Assembly: GCA_043810695.1 (NCBI GenBank)
Contig: JBDRNV010000009.1
Coordinates: 3,675 to 67,674 of the forward strand
Length of the DNA: 64,000 nt
Reading direction: 5' to 3'
Origin: Nanobdellota archaeon
GTDB lineage: Archaea; Nanobdellota; Nanobdellia; Pacearchaeales; GW2011-AR1
Positions 37,221 through 46,006 of this stretch are shown here, piece after piece (the first letter of the stretch is position 1; every line of letters starts with the position of its first letter). The translations under genes and the position numbers were made by a program. Under the pieces are notes generated by a model that had not been told where the DNA came from, made no database searches, and worked only from the letters and a program-made list of their open reading frames with translations.

Positions 37221-37637
37221 TTATTTCTTAGCTTTGAATTTACTTCCTTTTGTGGCACCTATACCAGATTTTCCGTGCTTTATTCTCCTTCTTGTTACAG
37301 AAAATTCTCCGAAATTATGACCAAGCATTTCTTCACTTATATCTGCTAAAACAAAAGTTTTTCCATTGTGAATATACATTTTCATTCCTATCATTTCTGG
37401 GACAATAACAAGATCTCTTTGATGAGTTTTTATCTGCTTGTTTTTGCTTATTTTTATTTTTGCTCTGCTGATAAAATTTTCAATTTGCTGAAACTGCCTA
37501 AGAACCTTTCTTCTTTGTCTTGACTTAAGATATTTTGCAAATTCTCTTACATCTAATTTTTTTAACTCTTCGAGTGTTTTTCCCCTATATGTAAAATCCT
37601 TTTTCTTTATTTCTGTTTTATCTTCTTTTGCTATCAT
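37221..37637 (-). CDS. rps19: ribosomal protein uS19
   Basis: VIVPEMIGMKMYIHNGKTF and GEFSVTRR. Confidence 0.92.
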   Translation of the reverse strand: MIAKEDKTEIKKKDFTYRGKTLEELKKLDVREFAKYLKSRQRRKVLRQFQQIENFISRAKIKISKNKQIKTHQRDLVIVPEMIGMKMYIHNGKTFVLADISEEMLGHNFGEFSVTRRRIKHGKSGIGATKGSKFKAKK

Positions 37638-37638
37638 T

Positions 37639-38337
37639 TTATTTCCTATGTCCTGTCCTCCTAGGCCTTAATAAACCAACTCTTCTTCCAGGAGGAGCAT
37701 TTCTTTTTGCAATTTTACTTTTGACATTTTTTCCTCTGCCAGAACCAAACGGATGATCTACTACATTCATTTTAACAGCAGACGTTCTTGGCCAGAGTTT
37801 ACCTTTTGATTTTTTAATAAAATATACTCTTCCAGCTTTAACTATCGGTTTTTCTAACCGTCCAGAGCCAGCGACAACCCCAATAATTGCTCTACAATCT
37901 TTATTGAATGCTTTTTCTTTTTTTGATGGCATTAAAACGTAAATTTCTTTTCCTATAATCTTGCTTACTTCTCCAAAACTACCGGCTGTTTTTATAAAAA
38001 TTCCCCCGTCCCCTGGCCTTGATTCTATATTATAAATTTGTGTTTTTATAGGAATATCTTGCAGCCTTAGAATATTTCCATTTTTAATTTCTTTTCCATC
38101 AAAACTCAATTTCTGTCCTTCAACAAGACCTCTAAAAGCAGGAATATAAAATATCCCTTTTTCATAAATTATTTTTGCAAGAGGGGCAGAATGTCCTGAA
38201 GAATTTAGAAGTTTGATAACTGTTCCCTCTCCTGCAAGTTTTGATGGATACCTAAGTCTAAATTTAAATGCCCTTCTTCTTACTCTATAAGTTCCGCTTC
38301 CATGCCCTCTTGCCTGAGTGATTATTCTTTTACCCAT
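37639..38337 (-). CDS. rpl2: ribosomal protein uL2
   Basis: GHGSGTYRVRRR, MNVVDHPFGSGRG and RRTGHRK. Confidence 0.95.
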   Translation of the reverse strand: MGKRIITQARGHGSGTYRVRRRAFKFRLRYPSKLAGEGTVIKLLNSSGHSAPLAKIIYEKGIFYIPAFRGLVEGQKLSFDGKEIKNGNILRLQDIPIKTQIYNIESRPGDGGIFIKTAGSFGEVSKIIGKEIYVLMPSKKEKAFNKDCRAIIGVVAGSGRLEKPIVKAGRVYFIKKSKGKLWPRTSAVKMNVVDHPFGSGRGKNVKSKIAKRNAPPGRRVGLLRPRRTGHRK

Positions 38338-38338
38338 T

Positions 38339-38584
38339 TTATATTATTCCAAGTTTCGTTGCAACATCAATTGCAGGAAACTCTTTTTTTAATTTAATAT
38401 ATGCATGTTTCTTATTGCCTTTGATTAAGGTTCTTATTTTTGCAACTTTTACTCCAAACAAAGATTCAATTTCTTTTTTAATCTCATTTTTTGTCCTTTC
38501 TTTTTCAGTTTCAAATGTAAGAACATTTTCTCTTTCTATAAACATCACAGCTTTTTCTGTAACAATTGGTTTTAGTTGTATCAT
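38339..38584 (-). CDS. rpl23: ribosomal protein uL23
   Basis: PIVTEKAVMFIERENVLTF and KKHAYIKL. Confidence 0.9.
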   Translation of the reverse strand: MIQLKPIVTEKAVMFIERENVLTFETEKERTKNEIKKEIESLFGVKVAKIRTLIKGNKKHAYIKLKKEFPAIDVATKLGII

Positions 38585-39402
38585 TTTTTGTCTCCCGCAA
38601 ATTTCTCTTCAAGTTCCTTAATCGCATCTTCAGTATAAATAACAAGTCTGCCAAGCCCACCCCTAGCAAGATCTGCAACACTTAGATTTTTAGCATTTTT
38701 TCTTTCAAAAACTCCTGTATCTATTTTTTCTTTGTTACTGATAACCAAAAGCAAACCAGCGTTAATCTTGTATCTTCTTCCTCTTCTTTTTCCCTTTCCC
38801 GCACGAATTTTCTTCTTTTTTGATATAATCTCAAAAAGACTCTTCCCAAGAATTTTTTTTAAACTTTCAACCAGAGATTTTATTTTTAATGAACTAAGTT
38901 TTGATTCAACAATCAAGGGCAATTTCTTGATGTCTTTTTCTTCCAAGCTTTTGTATTTTTTTAGAACATATTTTTTATCAGCAGTAGCACTTAAAGCAGA
39001 AAGCAATGCGATATGCATTTCTTTTTTATTTATTTTTTTTAGATTAATCATTCTTCTTGCTTTTGGAGGATGTGCTCTTCTTCCGCCTCTTGTGGAAGAA
39101 ATTTCTGCTCCAACCCAATTGAATTGTGAACCTCTTCTTGAGAGAATTTTTCTTGGAATTCTTGACATACCTCTTCCATATCCGCTTCTCCATACATGCC
39201 TTCTATGAACAATTTTACCAGATGCAGCATGCTGTTTTCCTGCAACAAGCGAAGGACCATAAGGCTGCCTTGTTTTTCCAGCTTCAACGACTTTTGCAAC
39301 TATATCTTCCTTTATTTTCTGAGAAAAAAATTTAGGAAGTTCAATTTCTTTTGCTTTCTTTCCTTCTGTATTAATTATTTCAGTTTTTGTTTCCATTTTC
39401 AT
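38581..39402 (-). CDS. rpl4: ribosomal protein uL4
   Basis: SGYGRGMSRIPR and GGRRAHPPK. Confidence 0.92.
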   Translation of the reverse strand: MKMETKTEIINTEGKKAKEIELPKFFSQKIKEDIVAKVVEAGKTRQPYGPSLVAGKQHAASGKIVHRRHVWRSGYGRGMSRIPRKILSRRGSQFNWVGAEISSTRGGRRAHPPKARRMINLKKINKKEMHIALLSALSATADKKYVLKKYKSLEEKDIKKLPLIVESKLSSLKIKSLVESLKKILGKSLFEIISKKKKIRAGKGKRRGRRYKINAGLLLVISNKEKIDTGVFERKNAKNLSVADLARGGLGRLVIYTEDAIKELEEKFAGDKK

Positions 39403-40364
39403 CTTATTTCAATTAATTCATAATTTTTCTTTAATTGCTTTTTACTTTCTCTTAAAGGAGAAGTAATTAAAATCTGCCTTTTTGCAGGGCCCTGCACAGA
39501 ACCTCTTAGAATAAGATAGTCTGTCTTTATATCTCCAAAATTTACAATATTTTTCAGTTTTTGATTATTTTCAGATTTTCCCATATCAATTATTTTATTA
39601 TTGTATAAAACTCTTGTAAACATTCCGAGTTGTCCGGCCATTGGTGCTCTGAAAGTTACTCTCGCTGGATGCCACGGACCAAGGCTTCCCGGCCTTCTTC
39701 TTCCTTTTTCTGATTTATGCTGTTTAAGAGTTATTCCAAATCTTTTTACAGGTCCAGCAAGCCCGTAACCCTTTGTCAACCCTCTTAAATCAACTAATCC
39801 GCTCTTTTCAAATATATCTGTAACAGAAATTTCTTTTCCAATTTTTTCTTTAACAAAATTTAATTTTTCTTCTAGAGTTCCAGAAAGACCAATTTCACAT
39901 AAATCAGGTGTTTTTTTGATTCCTGTTTTCTTAACAATAGAATAACATAAGACTCTCATATCATCATATTCTTCAGGCTTAATTTTTTCTATTTTAGATT
40001 TTGCTGAGTCTAAATTCTGCTTTGGTAATTTTATTTTTCTTTTTAACTCTTTATCAGGATTTTCCATAATAATCTCTTTTGCAATTTTGTCATTTTTGTA
40101 AAATTTAATAGAAAAAATCTTTAGTTTTGGACATTCAAGAATTGTAGCGGGAATTATAATTTTTTTCCCTTTTGTCATAGAATCAGGAGTATTATCCTTA
40201 ACATAAGCTGAAATCATCCCTGCTTTATAACATATAAATCCTTTAAGGTTTTTTGAAGAATTAGAGTGAATAGCATTCCAATTAACTCTAGGTAAAAATT
40301 TACTGGCTCTCTTTCTCGGCCAGAATTGCAGGCTTCCTTTTCTTGGTGATTTCCTTGTTGGCAT
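39399..40364 (-). CDS. rpl3: ribosomal protein uL3
   Basis: PRKGSLQFWPRKRA, FICYKAGM and TKGYGLAGPVKRFG. Confidence 0.95.
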   Translation of the reverse strand: MPTRKSPRKGSLQFWPRKRASKFLPRVNWNAIHSNSSKNLKGFICYKAGMISAYVKDNTPDSMTKGKKIIIPATILECPKLKIFSIKFYKNDKIAKEIIMENPDKELKRKIKLPKQNLDSAKSKIEKIKPEEYDDMRVLCYSIVKKTGIKKTPDLCEIGLSGTLEEKLNFVKEKIGKEISVTDIFEKSGLVDLRGLTKGYGLAGPVKRFGITLKQHKSEKGRRRPGSLGPWHPARVTFRAPMAGQLGMFTRVLYNNKIIDMGKSENNQKLKNIVNFGDIKTDYLILRGSVQGPAKRQILITSPLRESKKQLKKNYELIEIR

Positions 40365-40439
40365 TTCTAATTAATTTAGCGGATAACATTTTATTTCCCT
40401 GGAATATAATTAGGGAGAAATCTGGGTTTTTAAAGGTTT

Positions 40440-41105
40440 TTAGGCTTCAAATTCAATCTCTTTTCGTATCTCTTTTCCGTCAACATCAACAACTCTTATA
40501 ATCTTACCTTTTCTTTTTGCAAGCTCCCTTATCTTTGCATAATCTGTCTCATTTGTTTTTGGTTGAATAATTTCATTAATAATAAATTTATGTTCAACAG
40601 TTGCTTTTTTGAATTCTGGTAAATCCCAAAAAAAATCCTCTTTTGCATCTCTGTAATATTTTTCATCAAGTTCAAGTTGACAGAATTTGTTATCAACCTT
40701 GTTCTCGCTTTTTCCAGGTTTAGGTAGTTTGCTTTTTATCCTTAATTTAATCCCAGAGCCGTCTGCATTCAGAAGAAAATAATAAACTCCGTCTGCAATT
40801 TTCTTTATTTGATTGCTCGTGAAATTGCTTACATTATAAACCCATTTCCCTTCTTTTTTTATACCAGATAACTCTTTTATTTCTTCCTTACTTAATATAA
40901 TTCCATTAAAAATAGCATTATTTAAACCAGCGATGAATAAAACAAGATCATTTGTAAACTCAAAACTGCTTTTAATCTTGACATTTTTTGTCTTCCATAA
41001 ACTTAAAAGAGCTTTCTTATTGTATTCTCCTTTACCAAAACGAATAAATTGTTTATGTACAGCCCAGCTAGATTTACTTTGAAAAATCTCTTTTATAAAA
41101 TTCAT
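40440..41105 (-). CDS. hypothetical protein immediately upstream of rpl3
   Basis: Clean 221-aa ORF on the same strand as the r-protein operon. I recognise no motif. Confidence 0.5.
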   Translation of the reverse strand: MNFIKEIFQSKSSWAVHKQFIRFGKGEYNKKALLSLWKTKNVKIKSSFEFTNDLVLFIAGLNNAIFNGIILSKEEIKELSGIKKEGKWVYNVSNFTSNQIKKIADGVYYFLLNADGSGIKLRIKSKLPKPGKSENKVDNKFCQLELDEKYYRDAKEDFFWDLPEFKKATVEHKFIINEIIQPKTNETDYAKIRELAKRKGKIIRVVDVDGKEIRKEIEFEA

Positions 41106-41207
41106 AAATTTATCTATGGAATTTTACTTATAAATCTTATTATCATAAATAATTTACAAAGTTTTATAAGTTTGTTATGCTTTTAAAAATAATACCGAGA
41201 AATAAAA

Positions 41208-42254
41208 ATGGATGATATTTATTTTAGAAAAACAATGTCTGCAATTTTGTTAGTTTCTCTTATAATTTTATCATTATTTATCTTAAAATCAGTTATTATC
41301 TCAATAATAATTTCTTTTCTACTTGTTTTTATTTTTTCTCCTGTTTATGATTGGTTTAATAAATATATAAAATCACCAAATATTTCTGCAGGTTTAATTC
41401 TTTTATTTTTGCTTTTAATTATAATATTGCCTATATGGTTTTTAACACCTATCTTAATCAAACAATCTCTTGAAATATTTAAAATAACTAGTGAATTAGA
41501 TCTTATCACACCACTTAAGTCTGTTTTTCCTTCTATATTTTCCTCTGAACAGCTAACATTAGAAATAGCTTCCACACTTTCCTCTTTTATATCTAAAATG
41601 ACTAATTCTTTAGTTAATTCTCTAGCAAATATAATTCTTGATTTTCCTGCAATAATGCTTCATCTCTTAATTATCTTCTTCACGTTTTTTGTGGTACTAA
41701 GAGATAAAAAAGTTGTTGTAGATTATATAAAAAGCCTGCTTCCTTTTTCAAAAGAGATAGAAGAAAAAATATTTACATATTCAAAAAATGTAACAGCTGC
41801 TGTTTTATACGGACAATTTGTTGTTGGTTTGCTTCAGGGTATCATTTTAGGAATTGGATTGTTTATTTTCCAGGTTCCAAATGCATTATTCTTTACACTA
41901 ATAGCAATGTTCCTTGGTGTCCTTCCAATTATTGGAACAGCAATTTTATGGATTCCACTGACAATCTATTTTTTTATTACAAATAACCATGTTGCAGTAT
42001 GGGGAATTCTTATATTTGGTCTTTTATCATCTAACATAGATAATGTTCTTAGGCCAATAATTGTTACAAAAAGAACAAAAATACATTCTGCAATAGTTTT
42101 AGTTTCAATGATTGGTGGTTTATTCTTCTTTGGAATTATGGGATTTTTACTTGGTCCTTTGGTGATTTCGTATCTTTTAATATTGCTAGAAATCTATAGG
42201 GGAAAAGCAAAACCAACATCAATATTAGAAGAACCAGTTAAACCTTCTAAATAA
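41208..42254 (+). CDS. AI-2E (PerM/UPF0118) family transporter
   Basis: About 8 TM segments. The overall pattern (YGQFVVGLLQGIILGIGL, VLPIIGTAILWIP, IMGFLLGPLV) is typical of the family. Confidence 0.6.
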   Translation: MDDIYFRKTMSAILLVSLIILSLFILKSVIISIIISFLLVFIFSPVYDWFNKYIKSPNISAGLILLFLLLIIILPIWFLTPILIKQSLEIFKITSELDLITPLKSVFPSIFSSEQLTLEIASTLSSFISKMTNSLVNSLANIILDFPAIMLHLLIIFFTFFVVLRDKKVVVDYIKSLLPFSKEIEEKIFTYSKNVTAAVLYGQFVVGLLQGIILGIGLFIFQVPNALFFTLIAMFLGVLPIIGTAILWIPLTIYFFITNNHVAVWGILIFGLLSSNIDNVLRPIIVTKRTKIHSAIVLVSMIGGLFFFGIMGFLLGPLVISYLLILLEIYRGKAKPTSILEEPVKPSK

Positions 42255-42310
42255 ATATAAAAACCATTTTCTCCAGTTAATATAATAAAAACAGAGGTTT
42301 TAGAAATTTA

Positions 42311-43801
42311 ATGCAACTGAAAACAAAAATTTTACAATGGTCTGCCGGAGTTCCAGTAGCTATGCTTAATGTAAAAACAGCAAAAAAAATTGGGGTATAT
42401 CCTTTAGAGAGGATAAGTATTAAAACACTCTCAAAACATTCAAAAGAAATATCTTCAATTCTTGATGTTGCAAAAAGGCTTGTTAGAGAAAATGAAATCG
42501 CTGTTTCTTCTGAATTAAAAAAATATTTGAATCTTAATAATGGCCAGAGAGTTGAGGTTAATCTCGCAACTTATCCTCAGAGCATAAATATAATAAAGAA
42601 AAAAGCAAGCAACAAACCTCTTTCTCAGAATGAAATCAATATAATAATCAAAGATATTGTAAATGATGCTCTTTCTGATGCGGAAATCGCTCTTTTTATT
42701 TCAGCAACAAACGAGCATGGAATGACTACTAAAGAGACAATATTTTTTATTAGAGCTCTTCAAAAATCAGGTTTTCAACTAAAATTTAAAAATAAGATAA
42801 TAGCTGACAAACATTCAATAGGAGGAATTCCCGGAAATAGAACAACCCCTATTGTAGTTTCAATATGTGCTGCTGCTGGATTGACAATGCCCAAAAATTC
42901 TTCACGGGCGATAACAAGCGCTGCAGGAACCGCAGATGTTATAGAAACAATAGCAGATGTGGAATTTTCTGTGAAAGATTTAAAAAAAATAATTAAAAAA
43001 ACAAAAGCCTGTATGGTTTGGAGCGGAAGTCTTGGTGTAGTTCCTGCAGATTATAAGATAATTAAAGTTGAAAAATCTCTAAAAATAGATCCAGAGCCAC
43101 AGTTAATTGCTTCTATAATGTCAAAAAAATTAGCAGCAGGCAGTACTCACATTCTTATAGACATTCCTTATGGAAAAAACGCTAAAGTAAATAAAAAACA
43201 AGCTCTAGATTTAAAAAGAAAATTTGAATATTATGGAAAATATTTTAGAAAAAAACTTGTATGTATTCTTACAGATGGAAATCAGCCAATAGGAAATGGA
43301 ATTGGACCAGTACTTGAATTAAAAGATGTAATAAAAGTTTTAAATCCTGAAGAAAGGGGGAATAATTATCCCAAAGACCTTGAATTAAAGTCCCTTTTAC
43401 TCTCGGGAAAAATTCTTGAATTAACAGGTAAGGCAAAAAAGAATCAAGGACAAAATATGGCAGAACAAATTCTAAATTCAGGAAAGGCATTTAAAAAATT
43501 TAAAGAAATTATTAAGGCTCAAAATGGAAGCCTTAGAAAAATTAAAGATGCTAAATTTTATCACAATATAATATCTTCTAAAACAGGAAAAATTAAAGAA
43601 ATAAATAATAAAAAAATAAATTCTCTTGCACGAGTTGCAGGTTGTCCAATTGATAAACCTGCAGGAATTTATCTTTATGCTCATGTAAATGATAAAATAA
43701 AAAAAGGAGATAAAATACTAACTATTTATGCAGAATCCAGTATGAGACTTAAAGAAGCAATAAAATCTTATAATAATTTAAAACCAATAACAATAAGATA
43801 A
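42311..43801 (+). CDS. deoA: AMP phosphorylase (archaeal thymidine-phosphorylase family, DeoA type)
   Basis: Extra N-terminal domain (LKTKILQWSAGVPVAMLN), KHSIGGIPGNRTTP, AITSAAGTAD, and a C-terminal alpha/beta domain. About 500 aa, as in archaeal AMPpase. Confidence 0.8.
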   Translation: MQLKTKILQWSAGVPVAMLNVKTAKKIGVYPLERISIKTLSKHSKEISSILDVAKRLVRENEIAVSSELKKYLNLNNGQRVEVNLATYPQSINIIKKKASNKPLSQNEINIIIKDIVNDALSDAEIALFISATNEHGMTTKETIFFIRALQKSGFQLKFKNKIIADKHSIGGIPGNRTTPIVVSICAAAGLTMPKNSSRAITSAAGTADVIETIADVEFSVKDLKKIIKKTKACMVWSGSLGVVPADYKIIKVEKSLKIDPEPQLIASIMSKKLAAGSTHILIDIPYGKNAKVNKKQALDLKRKFEYYGKYFRKKLVCILTDGNQPIGNGIGPVLELKDVIKVLNPEERGNNYPKDLELKSLLLSGKILELTGKAKKNQGQNMAEQILNSGKAFKKFKEIIKAQNGSLRKIKDAKFYHNIISSKTGKIKEINNKKINSLARVAGCPIDKPAGIYLYAHVNDKIKKGDKILTIYAESSMRLKEAIKSYNNLKPITIR

Positions 43802-43959
43802 TTTTAACTATGTTTTTCTTTTAATCTAAACAAACCTTTAATTTTATTTACTGATTATATTTCTTATTAAAAATCTCAAAAATAATTATTATAACTAATA
43901 TATAATCATGTTTTTAAACTTCAAAGTTTTTGTTTTTTTAAGACAGAAAAGGAAAATTT

Positions 43960-44232
43960 ATGATGAGACAAGATGCTCATAGAAAGAAAATTATTGAATA
44001 TTTACAAAAGAATTTGAAAAAAGGTTATACTATTGAATCTTTGAGATGGGCTCTTGTTGGCCAAGGTTATTCAAGAACAGCTGTAGAACTAGCTATAAAT
44101 GAGCTTAACAAAGAACTTGCAAGAAAAGCACCTATTTTAAGTGAAGAGCCAATAATAAGGCATGAGATTATAGGAGAAAACAATCAGCCAATTGTCCTTA
44201 AAAAGCCGTGGTGGAAACGAATATTTGGTTAA
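43960..44232 (+). CDS. hypothetical small protein (90 aa)
   Basis: ORF only. Helical N-terminal half; no family recognised. Confidence 0.45.
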   Translation: MMRQDAHRKKIIEYLQKNLKKGYTIESLRWALVGQGYSRTAVELAINELNKELARKAPILSEEPIIRHEIIGENNQPIVLKKPWWKRIFG

Positions 44233-44322
44233 GTGACACTAATTATTAATAAATAACAGCTTAATTAAGTATAAGGAGAATATTCGGCTTATAGTTCTTA
44301 ATTTTAATATTTGATAGTAACC

Positions 44323-44329
44323 TTTAAAA
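44323..44329 (+). promoter_or_regulatory. TATA-like box (tttaaaa) about 30 nt upstream of tRNA-Ser position 1
   Basis: The spacing implies a very short 5' leader or none. Confidence 0.35.
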
Positions 44330-44355
44330 CTTCTAATATAATTCTTAGATTATAC

Positions 44356-44489
44356 GCCTCTGTCGCATAATGGTATTGCATCGGTCTTGAGTGCGAGGAC
44401 ACAAGATTTCCTTCGCTTAACCTTCCTTTAAAAAAAGTCAAGCCAACCGAGCCCTTACGGGCCTCCAGGTTCGATTCCTGGCAGGGGCG
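44356..44489 (+). tRNA. tRNA-Ser(UGA) with a 53-nt intron at the canonical 37/38 position (intron about 44392..44444)
   Basis: Hand-folded. Acceptor GCCTCTG/CAGGGGC, 3-bp D stem GCA/TGC, anticodon stem TCGGT/ACCGA interrupted after CTTGAG, long variable arm GCCC-TTAC-GGGC, T arm CCAGG-TTCGATT-CCTGG, discriminator G. The mature length is 81 nt. No CCA is encoded. Confidence 0.8.
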
Positions 44490-44493
44490 TTTC

Positions 44494-44946
44494 TCACAAA
44501 ACCTTATTGTAATATTTTGCAAGGAAATATCTGTAAAGATTTATCACAATTAAGAAAAGAGAAAAGGCGAGAATTTGCGATGAAATTACAGAATATATAA
44601 CTTTATAATGATCGCTTATAAGATAATCTGCAACAAAATAAATAGTCGGATAATACACAAATAAAGTTAATAAAAAAGCCATTGGAGTGAAATAAATAAG
44701 ATCTCCAATTAAATTTTTTATAGAAAAGTTACCCTCCTTTTTTTTATCATATGTCCTTGTAGATAACCATAATATTGCTTGCCCAACTATTGCTCCAATA
44801 ACAGCAAAAAAAGAAATAAATTTTGAATTAGATGTGAATCGTGAAATTATGTATGCAATTAATGGAGCACCTATTAAAGCTCCTACCTCTCCGAATATTA
44901 TTTGTTTGTTAAAATTGAAAGTATTCCTCTTATTAATAGAGTCCAT
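44494..44946 (-). CDS. hypothetical membrane protein (150 aa, about 4 TM)
   Basis: Hydrophobic segments only; no family recognised. Confidence 0.5.
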   Translation of the reverse strand: MDSINKRNTFNFNKQIIFGEVGALIGAPLIAYIISRFTSNSKFISFFAVIGAIVGQAILWLSTRTYDKKKEGNFSIKNLIGDLIYFTPMAFLLTLFVYYPTIYFVADYLISDHYKVIYSVISSQILAFSLFLIVINLYRYFLAKYYNKVL

Positions 44947-45020
44947 TAATTAATATTAATAAATGATTATTTAAAAATTAGTATAGGTAGACTTTTAAAG
45001 AGCATCATATAGCAAAGAAC

Positions 45021-45740
45021 ATGAGCCGATTAAGAATTGTTATACCAACAAAAAACGAAGAAGCTTATCTGCCAAAACTTCTTCAGTCAATAAAAGAACA
45101 GACATTTAAAGATTTAGAGATTATTGTAGCAGATGCAAACTCAGAAGATAAAACAAGAAAAATAGCAAAATTATATGATTGTAAAATTGTTGAAGGAGGA
45201 CCGGCAGATGTTGCAAGAAATAATGGAGTAAATGGATGTAACTCTCCATTACTTTGTTTTATAGACTCTGATGTTTATTTTCAAAATCCGAATTTCTTAG
45301 AATTATCATTAAGAGAATTTGATAGAAGAGATTTGGATATTGCAGGAACAATACAAAAGCCTTTGAAAACAGGACATTTTTATAGAGACTTGTTTTATAC
45401 ATTTTGGTACGAAAAAGACAATATTCTAATACCTCTTTTTGAAAAAACTAAAAGTCCATTCATGCAAAATGTTATGTTTATGAAAACAGTTGTTCACAAA
45501 AATGTAGGTGGTTTTCCTCCATATGAATTCGGTGAAGATTCTGCAATTGCTAAAAAAGCTGTTGCTAAAGGATATCATTTTGGTATTTTAAAAAAACCAG
45601 GAAAAGTAATGATAGCTCCAAGAAGATTTGAAGAAAAGGGAATTTTAAAAACAGTTTTCCAATTTCTTTATTATAACGGAAGAATAATATTAGGACATCA
45701 ATTTAAAAGAAGAAATTCTAGAATTAACTATTGGAAATAA
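45021..45740 (+). CDS. glycosyltransferase family 2
   Basis: LRIVIPTKNEEAYLPKLLQSIKEQT, IIVADANSEDKT, IDSDV and GEDSA. Confidence 0.85.
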   Translation: MSRLRIVIPTKNEEAYLPKLLQSIKEQTFKDLEIIVADANSEDKTRKIAKLYDCKIVEGGPADVARNNGVNGCNSPLLCFIDSDVYFQNPNFLELSLREFDRRDLDIAGTIQKPLKTGHFYRDLFYTFWYEKDNILIPLFEKTKSPFMQNVMFMKTVVHKNVGGFPPYEFGEDSAIAKKAVAKGYHFGILKKPGKVMIAPRRFEEKGILKTVFQFLYYNGRIILGHQFKRRNSRINYWK

Positions 45741-45758
45741 TAAACAATCTTTCTTAAA

Positions 45759-45830
45759 AGCCTCAGACAGGATTTGAACCTGCGACCTCCGCTTTACGAA
45801 AGCGATGCTCTGCCACTGAGCTACTGAGGC
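45759..45830 (-). tRNA. tRNA-Thr(CGU)
   Basis: Hand-folded from the reverse complement: GCCTCAG-TA-GCTC-AGTGGCA-GAGC-A-TCGCT-TTCGTAA-AGCGG-AGGTC-GCAGG-TTCAAAT-CCTGT-CTGAGGC-T. Confidence 0.9.
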
Positions 45831-45866
45831 TTTTTGCGAAGTTGTTTGAATGAGTTTTACTCAACG

Positions 45867-45906
45867 ATTACCGCTGAGCTACTTAGGCTGACTGAGCTAT
45901 GTAAGC
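45867..45906 (-). repeat. two tandem tRNA 5'-end-like fragments upstream of tRNA-Thr
   Basis: Minus-strand GCTTACATAGCTCAGTCA and GCCTAAGTAGCTCAGCGGTAAT resemble positions 1-20 of the adjacent tRNA-Thr (GCCTCAGTAGCTCAGTGGCA). Neither folds into a full cloverleaf. Confidence 0.6.
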
Positions 45907-45926
45907 ATAATAAGCCGAGTTATTAT
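45907..45926. repeat. perfect 7-bp stem hairpin ATAATAA-gccgag-TTATTAT
   Basis: Read directly. It abuts the tRNA-like fragments and lies just downstream (minus sense) of a ttttataa box. Confidence 0.6.
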
Positions 45927-46006
45927 GGGATTATAAAATTTATTAAATATATTTTTTAACCAAATAAGGCATAAAATTTAAATATTCTAGAATATTATAT
46001 GATTCC

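Noticed and set aside
38732-39423. Several ORFs (158, 83, 69 and 75 aa) overlapping rpl4
   Set aside because: Alternative frames or the opposite strand of a clearly identified uL4 gene. Their composition is that of AT-rich off-frame sequence.
44304-44522. 72-aa minus-strand ORF
   Set aside because: Overlaps the intron-containing tRNA-Ser, which explains the locally higher GC content and the open frame.
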